Shown here one piece after another: positions 18,639-28,990 of a DNA stretch of 64,000 bases. Both the position numbers and the translations under genes were made by a program. Numbering within the stretch: position 1 is the first letter of the stretch; every line of letters starts with the position of its first letter. Under the pieces are notes generated by a model. The model was not told the DNA's origin and did no database searches. It saw only the letters and a list, made by a program, of their open reading frames with translations. The DNA comes from an uncultured Clostridia bacterium (GTDB taxonomy: Bacteria; Bacillota; Dehalobacteriia; UBA4068; CALXSR01): NCBI GenBank assembly GCA_944391215.1, contig CALXSR010000010.1, positions 28,547 through 92,546 on the forward strand, given 5' to 3'.

Positions 18639-19377
18639 CCATTTCCACCTTCAATAAATTTTTCCATTGTTTACGATTTTTATAAGCAATTCCGGCAGCT
18701 TGTTGTTCGGCTTCTTTTTTAGAACTGCCTTCTCCTTCAGCCAGCTTTTTCCCTTTATAACAAACCGCTACCAAAAACAGCTTTTCATGATCCGGACCCC
18801 ATTCTTTTTCCACACGATATTCTAAAGGATCCTCGCCAAACTGTTGTACAAAGGATTGCAAATGGCTTTTATTATCTTCTTGATTAATCTTATTCCAGTC
18901 AGGCTCCTCGCCTAATAAGGCTTGCAAAATAAAGGAACGAGCTCCCTCTAACCCACGATCTAAATAAATAGCCCCAATTACCGCCTCAAAAGCGTCAGCT
19001 AAAATAGAAGGCCTTTGCCTATCACCATTATTCTCGCAACCCTTGCCCAAAAATAAATAGTCGCCTAAGGCAATGGCTTGCGCCGCTTTTGCCAACGACC
19101 CTTCGCAAACCAAAGAAGCACGCATCCGGGTTAATTCCCCTTCTTGCCTTTTGGGAAAATGCAAAAACAAGTATTCCGCCATCACCAAGCCTAAAATAGC
19201 ATCCCCAAAAAACTCCAGTCTTTGGTTATGATTGGTATTTTCTTTCGCCCCTTCCCAATAGGTAGGATGGGTTAAGGCCTCTTTTAAATACTTTTCCCCC
19301 TCGGGCGTAAATTGTAATTGTTGCGCTAAAATATGATAATCCTTTTGTCCGTTGTTTCTCATTGCAACCCCCTGCAA
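18619..19377 (-). CDS. rnc: Ribonuclease III
   Basis: RNase III signature ERLEFFGDAILG and a C-terminal dsRBD. The true start may be the internal M at residue 6. Confidence 0.85.
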   Translation of the reverse strand: MQGVAMRNNGQKDYHILAQQLQFTPEGEKYLKEALTHPTYWEGAKENTNHNQRLEFFGDAILGLVMAEYLFLHFPKRQEGELTRMRASLVCEGSLAKAAQAIALGDYLFLGKGCENNGDRQRPSILADAFEAVIGAIYLDRGLEGARSFILQALLGEEPDWNKINQEDNKSHLQSFVQQFGEDPLEYRVEKEWGPDHEKLFLVAVCYKGKKLAEGEGSSKKEAEQQAAGIAYKNRKQWKNLLKVEMDAESLS

Positions 19378-19386
19378 GCCAAATTG

Positions 19387-19626
19387 TTATTCTGTAGCTC
19401 CTGTTTTTTGTTTTACATAATCTGCAAAAGCGCCTAAAGTAGTCAAATTAGCCAAATCCGCTTCTTCGCATAAAATATCAAATTCATCTTCAATAGCCAT
19501 TACCAATTCCACCATATCCAAAGAATCAATTTCCATATCTTTTAAGGTACTGTCTTCATAAATTGTTTCCGGGTCTTTGCCTAATTGTTCCACTACTATT
19601 TTCTTTATTTTTTCAAAAGTCTCCAT
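19387..19626 (-). CDS. acpP: Acyl carrier protein
   Basis: 79 aa with a DSLD phosphopantetheine attachment motif. Confidence 0.9.
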   Translation of the reverse strand: METFEKIKKIVVEQLGKDPETIYEDSTLKDMEIDSLDMVELVMAIEDEFDILCEEADLANLTTLGAFADYVKQKTGATE

Positions 19627-19707
19627 TTTTATCCCCCTAATTTTTAAAAGCTAATCCATTTTTTTATCCTATCATATAATAAGTCTTGTTTTTACGCAAG
19701 TCATAAA

Positions 19708-20703
19708 CTAATTTTCTGTTTTTTCAGCCGGCATAACCGTATTCATATCAGCCAAGTCTTGAATAAAACCAACTTCCACACAACTGATAGCCAATTTCAA
19801 GGCATTTTTTATGGCATAAGCATCGGAACTGCCATGGCAAACAACACTAATTCCCTTTACGCCTAAAAGAGGCGCACCTCCGTGTTCCTTATAATCAAAC
19901 TGTTTTTTTATCTCTTTTAAGCCAGGTAAAACAAGAGAAGCCCCTACCTTGCGCAGGAAGGTTTTGCTCATTTCCTCTTTTATTTGGCTAAAAAGCGCTT
20001 TGCTTAACCCTTCCGCTAATTTTAAAACCACGTTCCCAGTAAAGCCGTCGCAAACTAAAACATCATACTCGCCAAAAGGAATATCACGCCCTTCCAAATT
20101 TCCAATAAAATGAATTGGCTCTTTTTCTAATAACTGATGAGCGGCAACTACCGTCTCCGTCCCTTTGCAAGGTTCCGTACCATTGGATAATAAAGCAACT
20201 TTAGGACTGGCTATTTGATAAATTTTTTGCATATATAAAGAACCCATCCTGGCAAACTGAACATATTGCTCCGGTTTCACTTCCACATTAGCCCCGGCGT
20301 CCAACACCAATTTACCACCTTTTAAAGTAGGCAAAACCAAAGCAATTGCCGGACGGTCAATCCCTTTTATTCTACCCAATAGCAAAGTTGCTGCCGCCAT
20401 TTGGGCGCCAGTAGAACCAGCAGAAATAATGGCATCCGCTTTCCCGTCTTTTACCAGCTTAGTTGCTACCCAAATGGAAGAATCTCTTTTTTTTCCTAAA
20501 TTTTCAACCGATTCGTCCATGGCCATAACCTGTTCCGCTGCTACATAGCTAACATTGTTTGGCAATTGGTAATTTCCCAAAGCCTCTTTTTTTCCTACCA
20601 ATATAAAATTATGATTTAAATATGTGCGTGCAGCCGCCAAAGTCCCCATAATAATTTCTTGGGGCGCATGATCACCGCCCATCATATCCACTGCAATACG
20701 CAT
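19708..20703 (-). CDS. plsX: Phosphate acyltransferase PlsX
   Basis: MRIAVDMMGGDHAP is the PlsX N-terminus. Start re-called to ATG 20703. Confidence 0.9.
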   Translation of the reverse strand: MRIAVDMMGGDHAPQEIIMGTLAAARTYLNHNFILVGKKEALGNYQLPNNVSYVAAEQVMAMDESVENLGKKRDSSIWVATKLVKDGKADAIISAGSTGAQMAAATLLLGRIKGIDRPAIALVLPTLKGGKLVLDAGANVEVKPEQYVQFARMGSLYMQKIYQIASPKVALLSNGTEPCKGTETVVAAHQLLEKEPIHFIGNLEGRDIPFGEYDVLVCDGFTGNVVLKLAEGLSKALFSQIKEEMSKTFLRKVGASLVLPGLKEIKKQFDYKEHGGAPLLGVKGISVVCHGSSDAYAIKNALKLAISCVEVGFIQDLADMNTVMPAEKTEN

Positions 20704-20781
20704 CGTCATCACTCCCTTTTGGCATAACAAAATGTATTATAACATAGTTGCCGCCTAAAAATCTATTTCCCCACTGTTTTA

Positions 20782-23097
20782 TTACCGATAGCTTTCCGTC
20801 ACATAACCCACCCCATTGCTAAACACACGGATCATGCCATTTTCATCCGTACGATAAATCGGAATCTCCTTCTCTTCAAAATAAGCGGTAACATCAGAAC
20901 CCGGATGTCCATAAGAATTATTTTTACCCACAGAAATAAAAACGCTAATGGGAGAGGTCGCTTCATAAAAGGCCGGAACATAACTTCCTTTACTACCATG
21001 ATGCGGTAAAAGAACAAAATCCACATCAATATTTTCATTCAAAAGCTTATTCAAACCGCTCTTTTCCCGATCGCCCGCCCATAAGAAGGACAAATCTTCG
21101 TAATCCATCCGCAATACCAAAGAACCATCGTTCGCATTATTATCTTTATAATTTTCTGTTAAGGCAGGCGCCAAAACAGAAATTTTTACATTCCCTTTTA
21201 AAGAGATATCCATATCTTTACCAATATAAAAAACGCGAGTATTATGCTTCAAGGCAGCGCTAACCAGTTTGCTTTGCATCGGAACGTTCTCAAAGGTGGG
21301 ACTACATAATAACAGCTTTACCGGCATTGCTTCTAAAACAGTCAATAACCCATCTGTGTGATCAGCATGCGGATGCGTATTGATGATAACATCCAATTCT
21401 TTTACATGCATCTTTTCCAAAAAGGGCAAAAGAACATATTCGCCCACTTTTTTACTGGTACCTCCGCCACCATCAATTAAAACAGTTTCACCGCCAGGCA
21501 TTTTAATAAAGGTAGCGTCCCCTTCTCCAACATCTAAATAATAGACCTGCATGGGATAGAAAAGTTCCCGATTACTGGGAATAAATAACAATACCACCAT
21601 GAAAACAATCGTAACAGCAGGCGCTATCTTTTTACCATTCCATGCCAGTAGATAGGGTAATAATAAAAAGCAAACATAATACAACAAAACCAAACCAATA
21701 CCAGAAACAGTCACTGCCGCCCAAGCCAAAGGACCTTGTTCCATCCACCGAACGACCAATAATAACAATTCACCCAAATACCCGGCACAATAAAAAGGAT
21801 ACACTGCAATACCAGCCCCAAAGGGAGAACAAATGATTGCCACCAATCCCAAAATTACAATAACGCCAGCCGCAGTACAAACAAGCGGGGAAACGAGAAG
21901 CGCCGATAAAGTAACAATACCAAAATAATAAGAAAGCAAAGGCATAACAGCTAATTGTGCAGAAACTGTAACACAAAAGGCTTCTTTTATTTTACCATGT
22001 CCAGGTAAAAGCTTCTGCATAATTGGGTTTAAGTAGGCAATCCCAAAAGCAGCGGCATAAGAAAGTTGGAAACCGACATTGATAATATAATCCGGCCGAT
22101 ACAATAAGGAACAAAAAGCGGCAATCGCCAAAGCGGTAAAATAGTCTTTTCTTTCTCCAATTTGATAAGCCAACAAACCAATGGAAGTCATCACAAAAGC
22201 TCTCATAACAGATGGGCTAAAATCAGCTAACGCAGCATAAAACAATAAAATAATCATGGTGAATACCACTCTTAGCCAGCCTTTTAGCCGCAACCGCTTA
22301 GCTAAGAAAACAGCAAAGGCTAAAACAAAACCCATATGCAAACCGGATACAGCAAAAGCATGCAATAAACCAGTATGAGAAAGCGCATTCTTGGTTGCCT
22401 CATCCAGTCCGCTTTTATCGCCCAATAAAATACCGCTTATCACGCCAGATTGTTCTTCAGGTAACTTTGCCAAAGCTTCCGATAAAACCGCCCGGCATTG
22501 ATTGGCAACCTTCACCAAAAAGAAACCGCGATTTGTTCCGGTGGTTAAAATTTCTTCTTTTACAATCACCCGGCCAGCAATTCCCTGACTACGCAAATAA
22601 CGATCATAATCAAAATTTCCTAAATTCCAATATTCTTTTCCTCTATATGGTTCGCCATAGAATACAATCTCATCCCCATAGGCAATATCACTTTCTTCAT
22701 TGGCATAAACCAACAATTTGGTTCCGCTTTCCGTCTGACCATTTATCATGCTTAAACGGCAATAAAAAGAGAAGCCGCCGCTACTTGTCGCTTCCGGTTC
22801 TGAAGTAACCATTGCGGTAATGCGCATGTCAGTATTTTCATAAGGACTGAAGAAGTCTTCCCGCAGAAAGCGGAATTCGCCCCAAACACAACCCACTAAC
22901 AAAGAGAAAAGCAATAAACCAATATAAAATTGTTTCCGCAAACAATAGAGAGACCACAAAAAGACCGGTAAAATAGCAAGCAACCATAAGCTGCCAGAAT
23001 CCGGTAACAAATAACAAAGAATTAGCCCAAGAATAAAACAAATAATATGCCAAAAGAAAGGTCGCATTTGATAAAATGTTTCTAATTTTTGACGCAT
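20782..23097 (-). CDS. comEC: DNA internalization-related competence protein ComEC/Rec2 with C-terminal metallo-beta-lactamase domain
   Basis: 771 aa: N-terminal TM region, competence membrane domain, C-terminal HPHADH MBL motif. Confidence 0.85.
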   Translation of the reverse strand: MRQKLETFYQMRPFFWHIICFILGLILCYLLPDSGSLWLLAILPVFLWSLYCLRKQFYIGLLLFSLLVGCVWGEFRFLREDFFSPYENTDMRITAMVTSEPEATSSGGFSFYCRLSMINGQTESGTKLLVYANEESDIAYGDEIVFYGEPYRGKEYWNLGNFDYDRYLRSQGIAGRVIVKEEILTTGTNRGFFLVKVANQCRAVLSEALAKLPEEQSGVISGILLGDKSGLDEATKNALSHTGLLHAFAVSGLHMGFVLAFAVFLAKRLRLKGWLRVVFTMIILLFYAALADFSPSVMRAFVMTSIGLLAYQIGERKDYFTALAIAAFCSLLYRPDYIINVGFQLSYAAAFGIAYLNPIMQKLLPGHGKIKEAFCVTVSAQLAVMPLLSYYFGIVTLSALLVSPLVCTAAGVIVILGLVAIICSPFGAGIAVYPFYCAGYLGELLLLVVRWMEQGPLAWAAVTVSGIGLVLLYYVCFLLLPYLLAWNGKKIAPAVTIVFMVVLLFIPSNRELFYPMQVYYLDVGEGDATFIKMPGGETVLIDGGGGTSKKVGEYVLLPFLEKMHVKELDVIINTHPHADHTDGLLTVLEAMPVKLLLCSPTFENVPMQSKLVSAALKHNTRVFYIGKDMDISLKGNVKISVLAPALTENYKDNNANDGSLVLRMDYEDLSFLWAGDREKSGLNKLLNENIDVDFVLLPHHGSKGSYVPAFYEATSPISVFISVGKNNSYGHPGSDVTAYFEEKEIPIYRTDENGMIRVFSNGVGYVTESYR

Positions 23098-23170
23098 ATA
23101 AACTCCTAAAAATTTATCCTTTATCTATTATCCTTTATATAGTTACGATTTTTTCTATCCTTTTCCTCCA

Positions 23171-23198
23171 TCAAAAAACAACCGGTTTCCCGGTTGTT
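23171..23198 (-). terminator. Terminator after the polysaccharide deacetylase gene
   Basis: aacaaccgg tttc ccggttgtt hairpin followed on the minus strand by TTTTTTG. Confidence 0.65.
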
Positions 23199-23204
23199 TC
23201 CTTT

Positions 23205-24182
23205 TTATTGAGTTGGCAATTTAGCAATAAAATCTTCCAATGTATCATTCGGTCCCACATTGATACGAGGAATGGCAAATCGCTGTGTTTTCCCTATTTC
23301 TACTAATTCTGCTTTTACCGTTACCGCTCCCATAAAACCAACTTCTTCTAATACCCTTTTTACTTTATCAGAAGCCTTCCCATAAGGATAAGCAAATACT
23401 ACAATCTCCTTGCCTGTCACTTGCTCTAAAATAGCCTTACTTTTTTGCAGATCATCGGTAATTCGTTTTAAATAATCCGCTTCCGATTCCAAATTTCCGT
23501 CTTCATAGATTCTGGTAATTAAAAATCCATCCTGTTCCCCTTTCGCATTTTTTTTGACGGTACCATGTCCAGCATAAGTATGAGAACCAATTTCAATTAC
23601 GCCGCTATCAGACATTTCTTTTATTTGTTTCATGGTTAAATGGCTTAACCGGTTTGGTTGGTAAGGATTCTCTGCCGTACGGTCTTCTAATCCTTCCGAA
23701 GAACTCACTACCACATGTATGGTACCCTTTAAACCATACTTTTGCAAAATGGGATACGCATAAACATAATTGCTCTCATAACCATCGTCAAAAGTTACCA
23801 CAACCGTTTTTGGCGGAAATCCTTTTCCCTCATTTAAATAAGACAATAGTTCACTAAAAAAGATGGTATGATAACCGTTCTCTTGCAAATATTTCATTTG
23901 TTCTTCAAAATTTTCCACACTAAGGATAGCGCCATTTTCAGCATCTTTTGTACCATCATAAGTTCCGGCTGGCGCCAAATGATGATACATTAAAACAGTA
24001 CAATTTTTATAGGTTAAATCTTCCGTTATCGGTAAAACAGGTAATTTTTCAGCAATATTTTGTTTCATTAAATGATCTTGCCTTGTTTGCCATAAAAAAA
24101 CTGTCACAATTACTGCAACAATAGTCAAAAAAACCCATATTAGCCTACTATTTATTTTTTTGTGTGCCATTGCATTGGTCAT
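23205..24182 (-). CDS. Polysaccharide deacetylase family protein (NodB homology domain), membrane anchored
   Basis: N-terminal TM, then VVTFDDGYESNYVYAYPILQKYGLKGTIHVV NodB motifs. Confidence 0.8.
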   Translation of the reverse strand: MTNAMAHKKINSRLIWVFLTIVAVIVTVFLWQTRQDHLMKQNIAEKLPVLPITEDLTYKNCTVLMYHHLAPAGTYDGTKDAENGAILSVENFEEQMKYLQENGYHTIFFSELLSYLNEGKGFPPKTVVVTFDDGYESNYVYAYPILQKYGLKGTIHVVVSSSEGLEDRTAENPYQPNRLSHLTMKQIKEMSDSGVIEIGSHTYAGHGTVKKNAKGEQDGFLITRIYEDGNLESEADYLKRITDDLQKSKAILEQVTGKEIVVFAYPYGKASDKVKRVLEEVGFMGAVTVKAELVEIGKTQRFAIPRINVGPNDTLEDFIAKLPTQ

Positions 24183-24290
24183 TTTTTATCCTTTCTTTCT
24201 GTTATAATATACGATTTTGTTACAATGTATAATAAAGTATAACATATTCAAATAATAAACGAAAGAAAGCAACAAATTGTTCCTAATTTC

Positions 24291-24329
24291 GCAAAACAAA
24301 AAGGCTTAAAACAACAAATGTTTTAAGCC
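24291..24329 (-). terminator. Terminator after rpmF
   Basis: ggcttaaaaca (loop) tgttttaagcc hairpin followed on the minus strand by TTTTTGTTTTG. Confidence 0.65.
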
Positions 24330-24354
24330 TAAATTTGTACTATTATCAATTTGT

Positions 24355-24537
24355 TTATTCAGCAGCTTTTTCCACGATAACCCGACCTTTATAAGAACCG
24401 CATTGTCCGCAAGCATGATGCGGCATTTTCAAGCCGTGGCATTGGGGGCAAACGGAAAAGCCTGGTAAAGTTAATTTTTGCGCCGCACGACGATGTCTAT
24501 TATTGGATTTCGATCTTTTCCCCTTAGGTACACCCAT
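24355..24537 (-). CDS. rpmF: 50S ribosomal protein L32
   Basis: MGVPKGKRSKSNNRHRRA...CPQCHGLKMPHHACGQCG is canonical L32 with a zinc ribbon. Confidence 0.9.
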   Translation of the reverse strand: MGVPKGKRSKSNNRHRRAAQKLTLPGFSVCPQCHGLKMPHHACGQCGSYKGRVIVEKAAE

Positions 24538-24554
24538 TGTGGTTACACCCCCTT

Positions 24555-25106
24555 CTATTCTTTGTCAAATTTAAAATCTTTTAAAACAGCCCAACGCGGG
24601 TCTATTTGTTCTTCCGCGCAATGGCATTCTTTCTCGTTCAAGTCAATTCCGCAATGCGGGCAAAGCCCTTTGCAATCTGGCTGACATAAAAAACGCATCG
24701 GCAAATTCAAATAAATTTGCTTCACCAGCATTTCTAAAACATCAATCGAATCACCACTAAAGAAATAAATTTCTTTATCCTCTTCATTTTCAGCTTCCCA
24801 AACATCTTGCCGGTTGGTAAAGCTTTCCTCAATATCCAATGTCAGCCCATAAGGAAATTCTTTCAGGCAACGATCGCATTGTACCAGTAAATCCACTTGT
24901 AAATGCCCTTTTACCTGTAAAAATTTACCTAAATTTTCAATTTCCCCGTTAAAAGAAAGCGGCCCTTTCAATTTTAAATCTTCATAACCAAAATCGCTTT
25001 CTTTTAATTCATATTGCAAGGAAAAATCCTGTTTTTTACCGGCGGCAATTTTTACTTTGCCTACATTGATCAACATGTCAGTTTCTCCGTAAATGCGGTT
25101 TTGCAC
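24555..25106 (-). CDS. yceD: DUF177/YceD family protein (23S rRNA accumulation protein)
   Basis: CDRCL...CPHCGIDLNEKECHC cysteine pairs typical of YceD. Immediately upstream of rpmF. The true start may be the internal MLINVGK. Confidence 0.8.
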   Translation of the reverse strand: MQNRIYGETDMLINVGKVKIAAGKKQDFSLQYELKESDFGYEDLKLKGPLSFNGEIENLGKFLQVKGHLQVDLLVQCDRCLKEFPYGLTLDIEESFTNRQDVWEAENEEDKEIYFFSGDSIDVLEMLVKQIYLNLPMRFLCQPDCKGLCPHCGIDLNEKECHCAEEQIDPRWAVLKDFKFDKE

Positions 25107-25160
25107 CAGTTTTTACAATACTATTTATTATACAAATGTTTTAAGCCCCTGTCAAATGCT

Positions 25161-26357
25161 TTATTTAGAGGCTAATGCTTTGGTATCTCTTGCAATCATC
25201 AACTCTTCGTCTGTCGGCACAACAAAAGCGCGTATTTTAGAACCTGGTTTACTAATTTCCACTTCTTTTCCACGGCATTGGTTGGCTGCCGCATCAAATT
25301 GCAAACCGGCATAAGCAAATTGTTCACAAACTAATTTTCTGGTAGCAGGACCATTCTCGCCAATACCAGCGGTAAAAGCAATCCCATCCACACCATTCAT
25401 TAAAGCAATATAACCGCCGACTGTTTTAATAACATTATGATGGAAAATGTCCAAAGCCAACTGCGCTCTTTCATTACCTTGTGCGGCCGCCTGTTCAATA
25501 TCACGCATATCGCTACTGATACCAGAAATGCCCAAAAGACCGCTTTTTTTGTTCATCATCGCATTGATAGCAGGAATGTCCATCGTTTCTTCTTCCATTA
25601 AAAACGGAATGATCGCTGGGTCAATATTCCCACAACGAGTCCCCATCATGAGTCCTTCCAAAGGCGTAAAACCCATAGAAGTATCTACTACTTTACCATT
25701 TTCGATAGCAGCAATACTAGAACCATTCCCCAAATGACAGGTAATTATTTTACAATCGTCAAAAGGTTTGCCTAACAACTCCGCCATTCTTTGCGCTACA
25801 AAACGATGCGAAGTACCATGGAAACCATAGCGGCGGACACCATATTTTTCATAATATTCATAAGGAATTCCGTAAATATAAGATTTTGCCGGCATGGTTT
25901 GATGGAAAGAAGTATCAAACACTGCCACCATAGGCACACCAGGCATAATTTTTTCACATGCTTCAATCCCCAAAATTCCGGGCGGATTATGCAGCGGAGC
26001 CAATTTAATTAAACGTTTTAATTCTGCAACCACTTTATCGTCAATTAAAACAGATTTTGCATAAGTTGTCCCACCATGAACGGTACGATGGCCTACGGCG
26101 TCAATTTCCTTCATAGAGGAAATCACTCCATGGTTTTTATCCGTTAAAGCGGCCAGTACTAACTCAATAGCCTTGGCATGATCGGGAATCGCTGTTTGAT
26201 TTACTATTTTTTGCCCATCGCCTGTTTTATGCGTAATAATCGCATCCGCTAAACCGATTTTTTCTACCAGGCCCTTGGCCAAAACTTGTTCTTGCTCCAT
26301 AGCAAATAATTGATATTTTAGAGAAGAACTACCACAATTCAAAACGAGTATTTTCAT
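25161..26357 (-). CDS. ackA: Acetate kinase
   Basis: [18 protein letters not shown] is the canonical AckA N-terminus, 398 aa. Confidence 0.95.
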   Translation of the reverse strand: MKILVLNCGSSSLKYQLFAMEQEQVLAKGLVEKIGLADAIITHKTGDGQKIVNQTAIPDHAKAIELVLAALTDKNHGVISSMKEIDAVGHRTVHGGTTYAKSVLIDDKVVAELKRLIKLAPLHNPPGILGIEACEKIMPGVPMVAVFDTSFHQTMPAKSYIYGIPYEYYEKYGVRRYGFHGTSHRFVAQRMAELLGKPFDDCKIITCHLGNGSSIAAIENGKVVDTSMGFTPLEGLMMGTRCGNIDPAIIPFLMEEETMDIPAINAMMNKKSGLLGISGISSDMRDIEQAAAQGNERAQLALDIFHHNVIKTVGGYIALMNGVDGIAFTAGIGENGPATRKLVCEQFAYAGLQFDAAANQCRGKEVEISKPGSKIRAFVVPTDEELMIARDTKALASK

Positions 26358-26438
26358 TTACTAACCTCCAGTTTAAAAATAGCTTTTCTATTATACCATA
26401 AAGCGGCATATCTTAAAAGAAAAAACGGAGTTTTCCCC

Positions 26439-27530
26439 ATGAAAAAGTTTCTATTACCATTTCTTCTCCTTTTTTGCGCCGGCATGGTTATTTTTCCACA
26501 AGAAAGTTTTGCCGCCGCCAGCCATGGACTGCAAATATGGTGGCAAAGAATTGTGCCGGCCTTGTTGCCATTTTTTATCAGTTCTGAGTTATTGATTCGG
26601 ATGGGCGCCGCAGAATTATTAGGAAAATTATTAAGACCTATTATGCGCCCCATTTTTAATTTACCCGGCGAGGCGGCGCTAGCATTGGGACTAGGCTATA
26701 CAGCAGGATTTCCAACTGGGGCTAGCGTTACCGCCAGTTTAAGACAAAATGGACTTTGCACCCAAAAAGAAGGGGAACGGTTAATATCCTTTACCAATAA
26801 TGCCAGTCCATTATTTATTATGGTAGCGGTAGCCGCTGGCATTCTAGGGCAGCCGGAATTAGGTATTTTATTAGCAGCCGTTCATTATGGCAGCAATTTA
26901 TTGATTGGTTTTGGCTTAGGATTGCTCTCCCGTATCCATAGAGAAAGCAACAACCTACCGCTAGAAGAAAAAGGCATCCTTCAACAAATGCACCAAAATC
27001 AAAGCATCGGGAGCTTGTTAAAAGAGGCCGGCTTAAAAGCCTTTCAAAATTTACTTTTAATTGGCGCTTTAATGGCCTTTTTTTCCGTATTAACCCAATT
27101 ACTTACTTGCTGCGGCTTATTTCATATTTTAAAAACGGAAAACCAGCAGGCGCTAGCCGCTGGTTTTTGGGAAATCAGTTTAGGAGTAGACGCTGCTGCT
27201 GGTACCGCTTATGCGTTATCAACCAAAGCAGCCCTTATTTCTTTTATTATGGCCTGGGGCGGACTTTCCATTCAAGCTCAGGTAGCCGCAATGGTCAGTC
27301 AAACCGATATCCGTCTGTATCCTTATGTCGGCAGTCGCCTTGCTCAAGGAATCCTAGCCTATATCGCCACCTATTTTCTTTGTCAACAAAAGGTAATAAC
27401 CACAGCCAGTCAACTTTTTGCTCCGGCATTCCAAATCATCCCGGCTCCTTACGGTTGGCTACTCTGCGGTTTTTCAATCTCTCTTTTATGTTTACAAAAA
27501 ATATTAAAAAAATCGATCCTTATTAAATGA
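26439..27530 (+). CDS. ylbJ: Sporulation integral membrane protein YlbJ-like (nucleoside-recognition/Gate-domain membrane protein)
   Basis: 363 aa polytopic membrane protein. Synteny with rsmD as in B. subtilis ylbH-coaD-ylbJ. Family call from memory. Confidence 0.6.
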   Translation: MKKFLLPFLLLFCAGMVIFPQESFAAASHGLQIWWQRIVPALLPFFISSELLIRMGAAELLGKLLRPIMRPIFNLPGEAALALGLGYTAGFPTGASVTASLRQNGLCTQKEGERLISFTNNASPLFIMVAVAAGILGQPELGILLAAVHYGSNLLIGFGLGLLSRIHRESNNLPLEEKGILQQMHQNQSIGSLLKEAGLKAFQNLLLIGALMAFFSVLTQLLTCCGLFHILKTENQQALAAGFWEISLGVDAAAGTAYALSTKAALISFIMAWGGLSIQAQVAAMVSQTDIRLYPYVGSRLAQGILAYIATYFLCQQKVITTASQLFAPAFQIIPAPYGWLLCGFSISLLCLQKILKKSILIK

Positions 27531-27532
27531 TT

Positions 27533-28012
27533 TTAGTAATTTGCCGTATTTCCCTTGCTTTGGTTTTCTAAATCTTCCCGGCTTTTCTTAATACTAAACA
27601 AAGCTTTTTCTAAATTTAATTCCAGCTGATGTAAAATATCTTGCGAATAGTTCGTGACTTCATTCCGCAAATCCATCGCTTGCTGTTTGGCAATTTTTTC
27701 AATTTCAGCCGCATAAGCCTGCGCCTGTTGCACAATCGTATCTTCCATAACCAAACGGCTGGCTTGTGCGCGAGCATCTTCTAAAATTTTTTTACCCTGG
27801 CTTTCAATGCTTTCCAACAATTTATCGCTTTGCGCTAAAACTTGTTTAGCTTGTTTTATTTCTTCCGGCAAAAGAGCATGAATTTTATCAATACATTCCA
27901 ATAAGCTGTCCCCATCTACCAACACTTTGCCGGAAAGAGGAATCCGAGAAGCATTATTTACCATATCCTCCATATCCAATAGAATGGAATCCAGTTCAAT
28001 ATTGTCAACCAT
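27533..28012 (-). CDS. Hypothetical coiled-coil protein (function unknown)
   Basis: 159 aa, predicted helical/coiled-coil, acidic. Overlaps the rsmD 3' end by 8 nt, suggesting translational coupling. Occupies the position where coaD sits in B. subtilis. Confidence 0.5.
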   Translation of the reverse strand: MVDNIELDSILLDMEDMVNNASRIPLSGKVLVDGDSLLECIDKIHALLPEEIKQAKQVLAQSDKLLESIESQGKKILEDARAQASRLVMEDTIVQQAQAYAAEIEKIAKQQAMDLRNEVTNYSQDILHQLELNLEKALFSIKKSREDLENQSKGNTANY

Positions 28013-28589
28013 CTAAATTATCCTCCTTCATTCGCCTATAATAATTTACAGCGGTATCACCATAAACGGCGCTTTTTTGCATAACAAAACCGTTTAATGG
28101 CAGCTCTTCTTGTTTTTTTGCTTTTGTTTCCACAACCAAAACAGCATCTTTTGCTAAAAAACCCTCTTTGGCCAGGTAGGGGGCAACTTCTGCTAGCCAT
28201 CCTTTATCATAAGGAGGGTCCAAAAAAACAATATGAAAAGGCCCCTTTAAGTTAGGTAAAATTTTTCTACAATCGCCAAAATGCACCGAACATTTTTCCT
28301 GCATTCCTGTTTTTGCTATATTTTGCTGTATCGATTGCAGCGCTTCTTTACTTTTTTCTATTAAAACTGCATTGCGCGCACCTCTGCTTAAAGCTTCCAA
28401 AGAAAGCGCTCCGGTACCTGAAAAGATATCTAATATGCTTGCTCCATACAATTCTTGACATAAAACATTAAAAATTGCTTCGCGCACCCGATCAGCAGTC
28501 GGCCTTGTTTTTAGACCTTTTGGCGAATGCAGCGGAAAACCGCGCACACAACCGCCAATAATCCGCAAAATATCCTCTCCTTCGCACAA
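28005..28589 (-). CDS. rsmD: 16S rRNA (guanine966-N2)-methyltransferase RsmD
   Basis: DIFSGTGALSLEALSRGA SAM motif and the DPPY catalytic motif. N-terminal start uncertain. Confidence 0.85.
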   Translation of the reverse strand: MCEGEDILRIIGGCVRGFPLHSPKGLKTRPTADRVREAIFNVLCQELYGASILDIFSGTGALSLEALSRGARNAVLIEKSKEALQSIQQNIAKTGMQEKCSVHFGDCRKILPNLKGPFHIVFLDPPYDKGWLAEVAPYLAKEGFLAKDAVLVVETKAKKQEELPLNGFVMQKSAVYGDTAVNYYRRMKEDNLDG

Positions 28590-28740
28590 TAAAAGCTTAT
28601 TCTATATCATATCACAAAAAACAGGAAAAGAAAAAGTACTATTTTTTTACATAATCTACATTCTTACCGGAAAAACTAAAAAAAGATTTTATTTGTAAGC
28701 AACCAATGAAATCCGCAGCACATTTTGCTGCGGATTCTAT

Positions 28741-28902
28741 TTAAATTTGTTTTTTCCATCGGGAAACAGTTTCCCCTTTTACCCTTTTTTGGCAGGAATC
28801 GCAAACGAAAGTACCATTTGGATTTTTAGCTAATTTCGCGTAGTCCTGATGTATTTTGGAAATCGATACCTTTTCCCCACAAATACAACATTTTACTTCC
28901 AT
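28741..28902 (-). CDS. Small Cys-rich zinc-ribbon protein (DUF2197/YlaI-like), 53 aa
   Basis: MEVKCCICGEKV...FVCDSCQKRV with two CxxC pairs. GGAGGG RBS before ATG 28902. The ORF-track 5' extension overlaps gpr and is rejected. Confidence 0.5.
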   Translation of the reverse strand: MEVKCCICGEKVSISKIHQDYAKLAKNPNGTFVCDSCQKRVKGETVSRWKKQI

Positions 28903-28990
28903 AGTTACCCTCCATCCTCTTTTTAGGTATTCTCTTCGACAAGCATTCTTCCTGCCCCAGCAACAAATTTTATAAAAGGAGATTTTAACT

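Noticed and set aside
26354-26653. 99-aa minus-strand ORF
   Set aside because: Overlaps the start of the ylbJ-like gene on the opposite strand and the ackA promoter region. No RBS.
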